Source: Peptococcaceae bacterium 1109 | GTDB taxonomy: Bacteria > Bacillota > Limnochordia > Darwinibacteriales > Darwinibacteriaceae | Assembly (NCBI GenBank): GCA_001028815.1 | Contig: LDJB01000007.1 | Location: forward strand, 19,384-51,383 | Direction: 5' to 3' | Length of the DNA: 32,000 nt | Made by a program: the position numbers and the translations under genes | Notes under the pieces: generated by a model | Told to the model about the DNA's origin: nothing | What the model saw: only the letters and a program-made list of their open reading frames with translations | Database searches by the model: none | Part shown: in pieces, positions 7,422-16,913 of the stretch | Position numbering within the stretch: position 1 is the first letter of the stretch | Layout of the letters: each line of letters begins with the position of its first letter

Positions 7422-7814
7422 TCACTGCTTCGCTTTCTCCAAGGCAGCAGCCGCTGCTTCTTTAAACTTGTTCCAGGTCCCAGTAGCACCGCTCACATTA
7501 TCCACTTTTTCCGGATCCTGGGTCTCTATCAACCTTTGCTCTAATGTGGACTGGGCTTCAATGGCCTCTTGATAAGGATAGCTCGCTCCCTTTGGGTTCC
7601 CGTCACTATCATACTCCTCATAGTCCACCTGTGTGATCCTGCCGTCCTTAATCATTAAATCAACTTTGCCATATTGGCTGCGCTCATCCCGCTGCGACTC
7701 GCCGGTATAGGTACCGTCATTCCAGTTTGGGCCCATCTGCCGTTGGGCGTTCATATACAGGGCGAGCCCCAACACGGCTAGGATAACGATGACAATCCCA
7801 ATTGTTCTGTTCAC
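7422..7814 (-). CDS. Membrane-anchored FMN-binding-domain protein
   Basis: The ORF track gives 7422-7832. AGGAGG sits 6 nt before GTG 7814, so I prefer that start. The product has one N-terminal TM helix (IGIVIVILAVLGLALY). Its C-terminal DNVSGATGT matches the [ST]GA[TS] flavinylation motif of FMN_bind domains. Confidence 0.75.
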   Translation of the reverse strand: MNRTIGIVIVILAVLGLALYMNAQRQMGPNWNDGTYTGESQRDERSQYGKVDLMIKDGRITQVDYEEYDSDGNPKGASYPYQEAIEAQSTLEQRLIETQDPEKVDNVSGATGTWNKFKEAAAAALEKAKQ

Positions 7815-7877
7815 CCTATCCCTCCTCTGCATACAGCTTCGTACTGATACTATGGGTAGAAGAGGGGGATCTTATGC

Positions 7878-7904
7878 AAAAAAGCCCCAAGTAACACTTG
7901 AGGC
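7878..7904 (-). terminator. Intrinsic terminator after the tRNA-Lys/tRNA-Glu unit
   Basis: The minus strand reads GCCTCAAG-tgtta-CTTGGGGC (one mismatch) followed by TTTTTT. Confidence 0.6.
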
Positions 7905-7918
7905 TTTCTGGAAACGGA

Positions 7919-7994
7919 TGGTACCCCCAACCGGATTTGAACCGGTGCCTTCGCCGTGAAAGGGCGGTGTCCTAGGCCGCTAGACGATGGGGGC
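7919..7994 (-). tRNA. tRNA-Glu (anticodon TTC)
   Basis: The minus strand reads GCCCCCA-TC-GTCTAGCGGCCTAGGAC-A-CCGCC-CTTTCAC-GGCG...ACCGG-TTCAAAT-CCGGT-TGGGGGT-A-CCA. Confidence 0.85.
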
Positions 7995-7996
7995 AA

Positions 7997-8072
7997 TGGT
8001 GAGCCATCCGCGACTCGAACGCGGGACACCCGGATTAAAAGTCCGGTGCTCTACCGACTGAGCTAATGGCTC
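7997..8072 (-). tRNA. tRNA-Lys (anticodon TTT)
   Basis: The minus strand reads GAGCCAT-TA-GCTCAGTCGGTAGAGC-A-CCGGA-CTTTTAA-TCCGG...CCGCG-TTCGAGT-CGCGG-ATGGCTC-A-CCA. Confidence 0.9.
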
Positions 8073-8090
8073 TCAAAGACCACGGTATAT

Positions 8091-10179
<2,089 letters not shown>

Positions 10180-10180
10180 G

Positions 10181-12139
10181 CTATTTCACCCTGCTCCCAG
10201 CGGGCATATTGTCTGAGACGGAAACCAGCTCTAGTTTGCCATCGGGGGTGCTTGCAGCCAGAAGCATTCCTTGGGAGAGCTCTCCCCTGAGCTTCGCAGG
10301 CTTAAGGTTCTTCACCACGATAATCCGGCGGCCTACGAGCTCCTCTGGCTTGTAATGCAGAGCAATACCGGCCACGATCTGCCTCTTGTCACTACCCACA
10401 TCTACCTGGAGCTTCAACAAGCGATCTGCGCCCTTTACAGGCTCGGCTGCAAGGACTTCCCCTACTACGAGCTCGCACTTGAGGAAGTCATCGATACTGA
10501 TAAGCCCTTCTGTGGGCTCCGCCTGTTTGGGCTCAGGCTTTTTCTCCTCTGCGGCAGGCTTCACTTCTTTCGGTTCCTCCTTCGCTTCCACTTCCGGCTC
10601 TTCGTCCTTCTCCTCGATCCTGGGGAAGATCGGATCCCCCTTCTGCGTTACGGTTCCCGGCTTAAGCTTGCCGAACGCGGTGTCCGCCAAAACTTGCTCA
10701 GCCAAAGATTCTGCTATTCCTAGCTGGGCCCAGATCTTTGCACCTGTGTCAGGCAAGAAAGACTTCACCAGCAGGGCCACAATGCGCAAGGTTTCAACCA
10801 CGTTGTACATTACCGTGGCCAGCTGCCCCTGAGCCGATTCATCCTTAGCCAGGGCCCACGGTGCCCGTTGGTCAAGGTACTTGTTAGCCCGTCCGACTAG
10901 CTGCCAGATCTTAGCTAATGCTTCATTCAGTTGGAGATTCTTAAGGTAATCATCAACGGCGGTCCCCACTTCTCCTGCGGCCTTGGCATACTCTAGATCG
11001 AGTTCAGTCTTATCTTGAGGCTCCGGCACAACGCCGTCGAAATACTTGTTCAGCATTGCCAGGGTGCGGTTTAAGAGGTTTCCTAGGTCATTGGCTAAGT
11101 CTGCGTTGGTCCGCTCAATCAGTGCCCGGCGGGAGAAGTTCCCATCCTGTCCAAAGGAGATTTCCCGCATGAGGAAATAGCGGATGGGATCTACCCCAAA
11201 CTCATCGATTAACAGGTTGGGATCTACCACGTTCCCCTTGGACTTGGACATCTTGTCGTTGTCAAAGAGCAGCCAGCCGTGGCCGAACACGGTCTTGGGC
11301 AAAGGCAGATCCAAGGCCATCAAGATGATGGGCCAGATGATAGTGTGGAAGCGCATGATCTCTTTTCCCACTAAGTGCACATCTGCGGGCCACCATTTTG
11401 CCAGCCTTCCTTGGTCATCAGGATACCCCGCGGCAGTGAGATAGTTGGTGAGCGCGTCAAACCATACATAGATCACATGGTCCTCATTTGTGGGAACTGG
11501 AATGCCCCAGTCAAAAGTGGTGCGGGAGACGCAAAGGTCCTCCAAGCCGCTTTTGATGAAGTTCACCATCTCATTCTTCCGGGCCTCGGGCCTGATGAAA
11601 CCGGGGTTTTCCTCAATGTGCTTGAGGAGCCGATTCGCGTATTTGCTGATTTTGAAGAAATAGCTTTCCTCTTCCACCAGCTCCACAGGGCGGCCGCAGT
11701 CGGGGCAGTTACCCTCATGCAGTTTGTTCTCTACCCAGAACGTCTCACAGGGAGTGCAGTACCAGCCCTTGTACTTGCTCTTGTAAATGTCGCCCTTCTC
11801 GTAGATCTTCTGGAAGACGGTTTGCACCGCCTTGTGGTGCCGGGGCTCAGTTGTACGCACGAAATCATCGTAATCTACGTTGAGTCGTTTCCACAGCTGC
11901 TTAAATGTGCTTACAATGGCATCAACGTACTCTTGAGGTTGTACCCCTTTGGCTTTGGCAATCCGCTCAATCTTTTGGCCATGTTCGTCAGAGCCTGTGA
12001 CAAACAGCACTTCCCGCCCGGCAAACTTGTGCCACCGCGCCAATGAATCCGCGACAACAGTGGTATAAGCATGCCCAATATGCAGGCGGTCACTGGGGTA
12101 ATAAATCGGGGTGGAGATATAGAACCTCTCGTTACTCAT
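10181..12139 (-). CDS. metG: Methionyl-tRNA synthetase with C-terminal tRNA-binding (Trbp111/EMAP-like) domain
   Basis: 652-aa ORF with HIGH-type motif (RLHIGHAYT), the Zn knuckle CTPCETF...CPDCGRP, the KMSKS motif, a lysine/glutamate-rich linker and a C-terminal OB-fold segment (GADRLLKLQVDVG...IVAGI). Confidence 0.97.
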   Translation of the reverse strand: MSNERFYISTPIYYPSDRLHIGHAYTTVVADSLARWHKFAGREVLFVTGSDEHGQKIERIAKAKGVQPQEYVDAIVSTFKQLWKRLNVDYDDFVRTTEPRHHKAVQTVFQKIYEKGDIYKSKYKGWYCTPCETFWVENKLHEGNCPDCGRPVELVEEESYFFKISKYANRLLKHIEENPGFIRPEARKNEMVNFIKSGLEDLCVSRTTFDWGIPVPTNEDHVIYVWFDALTNYLTAAGYPDDQGRLAKWWPADVHLVGKEIMRFHTIIWPIILMALDLPLPKTVFGHGWLLFDNDKMSKSKGNVVDPNLLIDEFGVDPIRYFLMREISFGQDGNFSRRALIERTNADLANDLGNLLNRTLAMLNKYFDGVVPEPQDKTELDLEYAKAAGEVGTAVDDYLKNLQLNEALAKIWQLVGRANKYLDQRAPWALAKDESAQGQLATVMYNVVETLRIVALLVKSFLPDTGAKIWAQLGIAESLAEQVLADTAFGKLKPGTVTQKGDPIFPRIEEKDEEPEVEAKEEPKEVKPAAEEKKPEPKQAEPTEGLISIDDFLKCELVVGEVLAAEPVKGADRLLKLQVDVGSDKRQIVAGIALHYKPEELVGRRIIVVKNLKPAKLRGELSQGMLLAASTPDGKLELVSVSDNMPAGSRVK

Positions 12140-12153
12140 GTTTTTCCCTCCTT

Positions 12154-12429
12154 AAAAAACAAGAAACCCTCATCCCCTATCGGGACGAGAGTTCTACTCA
12201 CGCGGTACCACCCAATTTTGCCGTGCACAGCACAGCCGCTTCCAGGTACAGATCACTATACCCTTGCGCGCTAACGGGCGCTTCCCGGCTAGGCCTACTG
12301 CTACTTCAGCCTGCAGCTCCTGGGCCATGTTCAATAGTAGGCGTTTCGTCAGCTCTCACCTAACCTGACTCTCTGTTGGAAACACCTTACTACCTACTCT
12401 TCCCACTCATCGCCATTTCCTTTTCCGAT
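12154..12429 (-). promoter_or_regulatory. T-box leader (tRNA-Met-responsive, inferred) controlling metG
   Basis: The minus strand shows the canonical element order: AGTA...AGTA, AGAGAG, GAAC-ATG-G (candidate AUG specifier, plus 12326-12328), AGTAGCAGTA, and F-box CCGTTA (12272-12277). It then shows T-box AATTGGGTGGTACCGCG (12201-12217), followed by the terminator CTCGTCCC-gata-GGGGATGAG plus a T-run (12154-12190) ahead of the GGAGGG Shine-Dalgarno. Confidence 0.88.
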
Positions 12430-12435
12430 ACTGAA

Positions 12436-12464
12436 ATTTTAGCCTCTCTCGCCGTGGTTGTCAA
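12436..12464 (-). promoter_or_regulatory. Sigma-A-type promoter for the metG T-box leader
   Basis: On the minus strand: TTGACA (12459-12464), a 17-nt spacer, then TAAAAT (12436-12441). Confidence 0.55.
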
Positions 12465-12556
12465 GGCGAGTTGTCCCATTGTTTGTCAAGTGTGCCCTGC
12501 CCGGAAACTCAAATAATAATGATCAGCAGGCAGTAACCTGGAAGAGGCGATGGGTC

Positions 12557-13753
12557 TTGGAAAAAAAGACAGCAGTTCAATTTGCGGTGCTCTGCGGAGT
12601 GCCTTTTGTCATGGTCTTGGGCAACTCTATGCTCATCCCAGTCTTCCCGCAAATGGAAAGAGCTATGGGACTCACTCAGTTTCAGGTTGGGCTGATTGTC
12701 ACGTTCTTCTCAGTCCCCGCAGGAATCCTCATTCCCCTAGCAGGATTTCTCTCAGACCAGTACGGCCGCAAGCCCATTATGGTCCCCGCCCTGTTTATCT
12801 ACGGTGCTGGAGGCCTCATCAGCGGGCTGGCCGCGATCACGCTGGAAAACCCCTATCCCCTGCTCCTAGCAGGAAGGGTAGTACAAGGCATGGGTGCGGG
12901 GGGAACCTATCAGCTGGCCATGGCACTAACAGGCGATATCTTCCAAACCAGCGAGCGGACAAAGGCCCTAGGCCTTCTAGAGGCCTTCAACGGATTGGGG
13001 AAAGTGGTCAGCCCCATTCTAGGCTCCCTCATCGCCTTGATCAGCTGGTATGCGCCATTCTTCGCCTACAGCCTCATCACCTTTCCCATTGCTGTAGGAG
13101 TGTGGCTGTTGGTGAAAGAGAAGAATGAAGAGCTGGAAAAGCAGTCCTTTCAGGAATACTGGGAAAACCTCAAGGCTGTGTTCAGCGAAAAGGCCAAGGT
13201 GCTCCTCTCCTCCTATTTCGTAGGCATGGCTTCACTCTTTATTCTCTTTGGGGTGCTGAGCTACATCTCTGACTTCCTCGAATCTAGCCACAACCTCTTT
13301 GGCCTGAAGAAGGGGTTTGTCATCGCCATTCCGGTTTTCTCTATGGCAACCACCTCTTACCTCAGCGGCGCTTACCTGGCGGACCGCAAGGCTTTGTGGA
13401 AGTGGGTGGTGGTCGGGGGCATGCTCCTGAGCACCGTCGCTTTGGTCCTCCTCCCCCTCTTTTCCGAGCTCATCCCCACAATGATCACCTTGTTCTTCCT
13501 AGGCATCAGCATTGGCATCGTCCTGCCACCCATCAATACGCTGATCACAGGGGCTGCCAGCGCGAAGCGCAGGGGCATAGTCACCTGTCTTTACGGGACA
13601 GTGCGGTTTTTTGGCGTAGCCATCGGCCCTCCCACCTTTGGCCTGGCCATTCAATATGGGCGCTGGGCGATGTTCTTGGGCGCCGCGGCTGTGAGTGCTG
13701 TTGCCCTTGTCATCGCTCTGCTGTTTGTCACCCCTCCTCAGAGCGAGGAATAA
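12557..13753 (+). CDS. MFS transporter (drug/metabolite:H+ antiporter-like, 12 TM by eye)
   Basis: The ORF track gives 12458-13753, but the first 33 codons overlap the metG promoter and are not hydrophobic. TTG 12557 (GGAAGAGG upstream) gives MEKKTAVQFAVLCGVPFVMVLGNSML... The ORF contains the MFS motif A-like GFLSDQYGRKP. Confidence 0.8.
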   Translation: MEKKTAVQFAVLCGVPFVMVLGNSMLIPVFPQMERAMGLTQFQVGLIVTFFSVPAGILIPLAGFLSDQYGRKPIMVPALFIYGAGGLISGLAAITLENPYPLLLAGRVVQGMGAGGTYQLAMALTGDIFQTSERTKALGLLEAFNGLGKVVSPILGSLIALISWYAPFFAYSLITFPIAVGVWLLVKEKNEELEKQSFQEYWENLKAVFSEKAKVLLSSYFVGMASLFILFGVLSYISDFLESSHNLFGLKKGFVIAIPVFSMATTSYLSGAYLADRKALWKWVVVGGMLLSTVALVLLPLFSELIPTMITLFFLGISIGIVLPPINTLITGAASAKRRGIVTCLYGTVRFFGVAIGPPTFGLAIQYGRWAMFLGAAAVSAVALVIALLFVTPPQSEE

Positions 13754-13794
13754 GATAGCCTAGTACTAGTACGGGAGAACCAGGAGGGACAGTG

Positions 13795-14622
13795 ATGAAC
13801 AGGACCCATCCAGTCAGCGCTTGGGATGAGGTGGTAGCACTCCCCGAAACCAAGCGGTTTACTAAGCCGCGCACAGCGGGCGTAACAATGGTGATCGATA
13901 AAGGGCTCGGCCCCACAGAAATGCGGGATCTAATGGAGATGGCCGCAGATCATATGGACTTTCTTAAGATCGCCTTCGGCAGCTCAGCCCTCTACCCCAC
14001 CCGCCTCATGAAGGATAAGATTGCCCTGGCAAAAAGCTTTGGAGTACAGGTTTACCCAGGGGGGACCTTGTTTGAGATTGCCTTTTATCAAGGAATGCTC
14101 AAAGAGTTCTTCACCCGAGCCCGGGAGCTAGGATTCACCTACGTGGAAATCTCAGAAGGCACCATTGATCTTCCCGGGCCAAAGCGGGCTGATTGCATCA
14201 AGATGGCACGGGACTGGGGCTTTGGAGTAGTGTCGGAGATCGGTAAGAAAGACAGGAGCATTAAGATCCAGGCAGAAGCAGCGGTGGAGCAGATCCTCAC
14301 GGATCTGGAAAATGGCTCTGAAAAAGTGATTCTAGAAGGACGGGATTCAGGGAAGGGAGTAGGCATCTACGACAACCACGGTGAAGTAAAAGACAGCCTC
14401 CTCGATGAGATCTTGGCCGGCATCGGCACCCACAGCAAGATTCTGATTGAAGCTCCCCAAGCTAGCCAGCAAAACCACCTTCTCCTCAAGCTCGGCCCCA
14501 ACGTTAACCTAGGCAATGTCCAGCCCCACGATGTACTCACTTTAGAGTCCATGCGCGTTGGGCTTAGGGGCGACACACTCAAGGAATGCCTCAAGAATGC
14601 ACCCCGATCATATAGGCCTTAG
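13795..14622 (+). CDS. comA: (2R)-phospho-3-sulfolactate synthase (ComA/YitD family)
   Basis: The segments VIDKGLG, VYPGGTLFE, YVEISEGTIDL, SEIGKKD, ILEGRDSGKG, IEAPQASQQ, VNLGNV and LESMRVGLRGDTL align block-by-block with the archaeal ComA sequence as I remember it. The AGGAGG Shine-Dalgarno is 7 nt before ATG 13795 (the track start is GTG 13792). Confidence 0.85.
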   Translation: MNRTHPVSAWDEVVALPETKRFTKPRTAGVTMVIDKGLGPTEMRDLMEMAADHMDFLKIAFGSSALYPTRLMKDKIALAKSFGVQVYPGGTLFEIAFYQGMLKEFFTRARELGFTYVEISEGTIDLPGPKRADCIKMARDWGFGVVSEIGKKDRSIKIQAEAAVEQILTDLENGSEKVILEGRDSGKGVGIYDNHGEVKDSLLDEILAGIGTHSKILIEAPQASQQNHLLLKLGPNVNLGNVQPHDVLTLESMRVGLRGDTLKECLKNAPRSYRP

Positions 14623-14667
14623 TTCCTAAGCCTTTTAGGACCATTCTCCTTTTTTTGACAGAGACAA

Positions 14668-14696
14668 TTGACGATTCCTGGAAAACATTATATAAT
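14668..14696 (+). promoter_or_regulatory. Sigma-A-type promoter for abrB
   Basis: TTGACG (14668-14673), a 17-nt spacer, then TATAAT (14691-14696). A second TTGACA at 14655-14660 has no matching -10. Confidence 0.6.
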
Positions 14697-14708
14697 GTCT
14701 TAAGCAAA

Positions 14709-14725
14709 TGTCGATTAATCTCGAA
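14709..14725 (+). promoter_or_regulatory. Tandem candidate Spo0A boxes in the abrB leader
   Basis: TGTCGAT (14709-14715) and TCTCGAA (14719-14725) are each one mismatch from the 0A-box TGNCGAA. They are spaced 10 bp apart just downstream of the predicted start site, the same arrangement as in B. subtilis abrB. Confidence 0.5.
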
Positions 14726-14745
14726 CCACCAAGGAGGAGAGGCTT

Positions 14746-14985
14746 ATGAAGGCGACAGGAATCGTTCGCAAGGTCGACGATTTGGGCCGTGTCGTGTTGC
14801 CGATAGAGCTCCGTCGCAGTCTGGGCATACAAGAAAAAGATCCCCTTGAGATCTTCGTGGAAGGGGATCAGATCATTCTTCGCAAATCTACCCGGCTGTG
14901 CGTGTTTTGCGGCGGAGGAGAGGATGTAGAGGAGTTCAAGGGCAAGGGCGTATGCCCTGATTGCCGCAAGGAGCTCATCCCATAG
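14746..14985 (+). CDS. abrB: AbrB-family transition-state regulator (SpoVT/AbrB swapped-hairpin domain) with Cys4 C-terminal tail
   Basis: MKATGIVRKVDDLGRVVLPIELRRSLGIQEKDPLEIFVEGDQIILRK is near-identical in pattern to the AbrB N-domain. The C-terminus carries CVFCGG...CPDC. An AGGAGG Shine-Dalgarno lies upstream. Confidence 0.92.
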   Translation: MKATGIVRKVDDLGRVVLPIELRRSLGIQEKDPLEIFVEGDQIILRKSTRLCVFCGGGEDVEEFKGKGVCPDCRKELIP

Positions 14986-14986
14986 T

Positions 14987-15817
14987 TTAGTCTAGCTCCA
15001 ATGCCAGTTGATAAACGAGATTCTTGGGAAGGCGGTATCGCTTAGCCACCTCTTGGACAGCAGCCCTTTTTGTGCTGCCACCGTCCAGCAGTTCTTGCAG
15101 GGTGCGCTTGATATCGCCTTCTGTCATTTCTCCTAAAGCCCCCGGTTCGCCTACCTCTAGCCCCGCGACAGTAATGACAAACTCTCCCCGAGGCGGTTCG
15201 GATTGAAAGTGCTCTAGGAGCTCCTCTAAAGATCCCCGGTTCGTCTCTTCATATATCTTGGTCAGCTCCCGGGAGATGCTCGCAGGGCGGTTGCCGAAGG
15301 TGCGCAGGATGTCGTGGAGGGTCTCAACTAGTCTGTGGGGCGCCTCATAGAAGACAATGGGATAGGGGATCTGGGCAAGTTTCATCAGTTCTGCTTCCCT
15401 CTGCTTGCCTTTCCGGGGTAGAAACCCGTAGAACAAGAACTCATCACTGGGCAGGCCGCTCTGTACAAAGGCCGTAACTGCGGCATTCGCCCCAGGCAGG
15501 ACCGTGCAGGGAATGCCCGCCTCGATCACCGCGTTAATCAGAAGCCGCCCCGGATCAGAAATACCGGGCATACCTGCATCAGAGACTAAGGCGATTTCCT
15601 TGCCCTCCTGCAGCTTTTGCACGAGAAGGCCAACCCGGGAAGCCTCGTTGTGCTCATGCAAGCTAATGAGGGGCGTTTGAATATTGTAGTGCCGCAGAAG
15701 TCTCACCGTGTGACGTGTATCTTCTGCGGCGATCAGATCTACTTCCTTGAGGGTCCTAAGGACCCTCAAGGTAATGTCTTCTAAGTTCCCAATGGGAGTT
15801 GGGCACACATACAGCAT
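14987..15817 (-). CDS. rsmI: 16S rRNA (cytidine1402-2'-O)-methyltransferase
   Basis: MLYVCPTPIGNLEDITLRVLRTL..., AAEDTR and SDAGMPGISDPG are tetrapyrrole-methylase-fold RsmI motifs. The track start at 15826 (GTG) is 3 codons upstream of the ATG I prefer. Confidence 0.92.
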   Translation of the reverse strand: MLYVCPTPIGNLEDITLRVLRTLKEVDLIAAEDTRHTVRLLRHYNIQTPLISLHEHNEASRVGLLVQKLQEGKEIALVSDAGMPGISDPGRLLINAVIEAGIPCTVLPGANAAVTAFVQSGLPSDEFLFYGFLPRKGKQREAELMKLAQIPYPIVFYEAPHRLVETLHDILRTFGNRPASISRELTKIYEETNRGSLEELLEHFQSEPPRGEFVITVAGLEVGEPGALGEMTEGDIKRTLQELLDGGSTKRAAVQEVAKRYRLPKNLVYQLALELD

Positions 15818-15833
15818 AGTCAGCACACCCTAA

Positions 15834-16913
15834 TCAGTTCTCCGGTGCTCCGCTTCCATCAACCGGGGGCTTTTTCCGCTTCCGCCGAGGCCGTTTTGCC
15901 TTGCGCTTAGGCTTTTCCTGCTTCTGTTCATCCGCAACGGCCTTTTGCTGCGGCGGCGCAGCTTCGCCTTGAGGAGTACCGCGGCGTTTAGGCTTCCTCT
16001 TTCGCTTGCCTGACCCCTTGCGAGTTTCCTTTTGCTCTGAGGCGGGCCGCTCTGATACAGAGCGCTCATCGCTGATGAGAGGACGCTCTTCAACCTCTGC
16101 CGCTTCCCGCATCAGTTCATAATCCACAGGCTGGATAGTATCTTCCTTGAGGAGATCGCTATAGAAGTCCTCTTCATCTTCCACTTCACTGAAGAACTCA
16201 TCGGCCATAAGAAGATCACGGCCGTGGCTGTGGCCACAGCCAGGACAGCCGTCCCCAAGGAGGGATTTGTGGGTCTTGTATACCTCTGACTCGTACCGCA
16301 AGCAGCACATTAACCGCCCACAAATGCCCGAAATCTTCGACGGGTTCAAAGACAGGTTCTGCTCCTTGGCCATCTTAATGGACACGGGAGCGAAATCACC
16401 CAGGAACGTGGCACAGCACAGAGGCCGCCCACACGAACCAAGGCCCCCGATCATCTTTGCCTCGTCCCGCACTCCGATTTGGCGGAGCTCAATGCGGATG
16501 CGGAAGATCGCGGCTAAGTCCTTCACCAGCTCGCGAAAATCTACCCGCCCATCCGCGGTGAAGTAAAACAGCAGTTTGCTGTCATCGAAAGTATACTCTG
16601 CATCTACAAGTTTCATGGGTAGTCCGTGGGCGGCAATTCTCTCCAGTGCAACGGCAAAAGCTTCTTTCGCCCTCCTGGCCTGCTGGGCAGCATGCTCTCG
16701 ATCTTCGTCTGTCGCCACCCGAATCACTTGTTTTAGGGGCTGAACCACTTCATCCTCAGGCACATCTTTGGGCGGTACTACCACCTCACCGTACTCAACG
16801 CCTCGGGATGTTTCCACTATGCAGTTATCTCCCACGGCGATCGGCAGTTCGCCTGGATGGAAGTAATATATTTTGCCGGCTTTCTTAAACCGGATACCAA
16901 CAACAGTTTGCAT
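15834..16913 (-). CDS. yaaT: PSP1-domain protein YaaT/RicT (stage 0 sporulation protein) with an extended acidic-then-basic C-terminal tail
   Basis: 359-aa ORF with an N-terminal VVGIRFKKAGKIYYF... PSP1 domain carrying the cysteine clusters GSCGRPLCC and GICGRLMCCLRYE. Residues from about 213 to 359 are low-complexity (EDEEDF..., then KRKRKPKRR...KRKAKRPRRKRKK). Confidence 0.88.
   Translation of the reverse strand: MQTVVGIRFKKAGKIYYFHPGELPIAVGDNCIVETSRGVEYGEVVVPPKDVPEDEVVQPLKQVIRVATDEDREHAAQQARRAKEAFAVALERIAAHGLPMKLVDAEYTFDDSKLLFYFTADGRVDFRELVKDLAAIFRIRIELRQIGVRDEAKMIGGLGSCGRPLCCATFLGDFAPVSIKMAKEQNLSLNPSKISGICGRLMCCLRYESEVYKTHKSLLGDGCPGCGHSHGRDLLMADEFFSEVEDEEDFYSDLLKEDTIQPVDYELMREAAEVEERPLISDERSVSERPASEQKETRKGSGKRKRKPKRRGTPQGEAAPPQQKAVADEQKQEKPKRKAKRPRRKRKKPPVDGSGAPEN

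Noticed and set aside
12043-12363. ORFs at 12043-12363 (+) and 12071-12274 (+).
   Set aside because: They are antisense to the metG 5' end and the T-box leader. They have no ribosome-binding site and are explained by the T-box RNA.
12458-12556. A 33-codon N-terminal extension of the MFS ORF from TTG 12458, and the +2-frame ORF at 12550-13128.
   Set aside because: The TTG is the complement of the metG promoter -35 box (TTGACA on the minus strand), and the extension is hydrophilic and non-MFS-like. The 12550 ORF is an out-of-frame, R/P/G-rich overlap of the MFS gene.
13763-13772. A perfect 10-bp palindrome GTACTAGTAC in the 41-nt MFS-comA spacer.
   Set aside because: It is short and AT-balanced, with no second copy in the window. 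It could be an operator, but a single 10-mer palindrome is compatible with chance. It is not reported as a feature.
15830-16093. An 87-aa basic ORF overlapping the yaaT 3' end in another frame.
   Set aside because: It is a frame-shifted reading of the same A/G-rich lysine/arginine-coding DNA. It has no ribosome-binding site, and the yaaT frame is continuous with the PSP1 domain.
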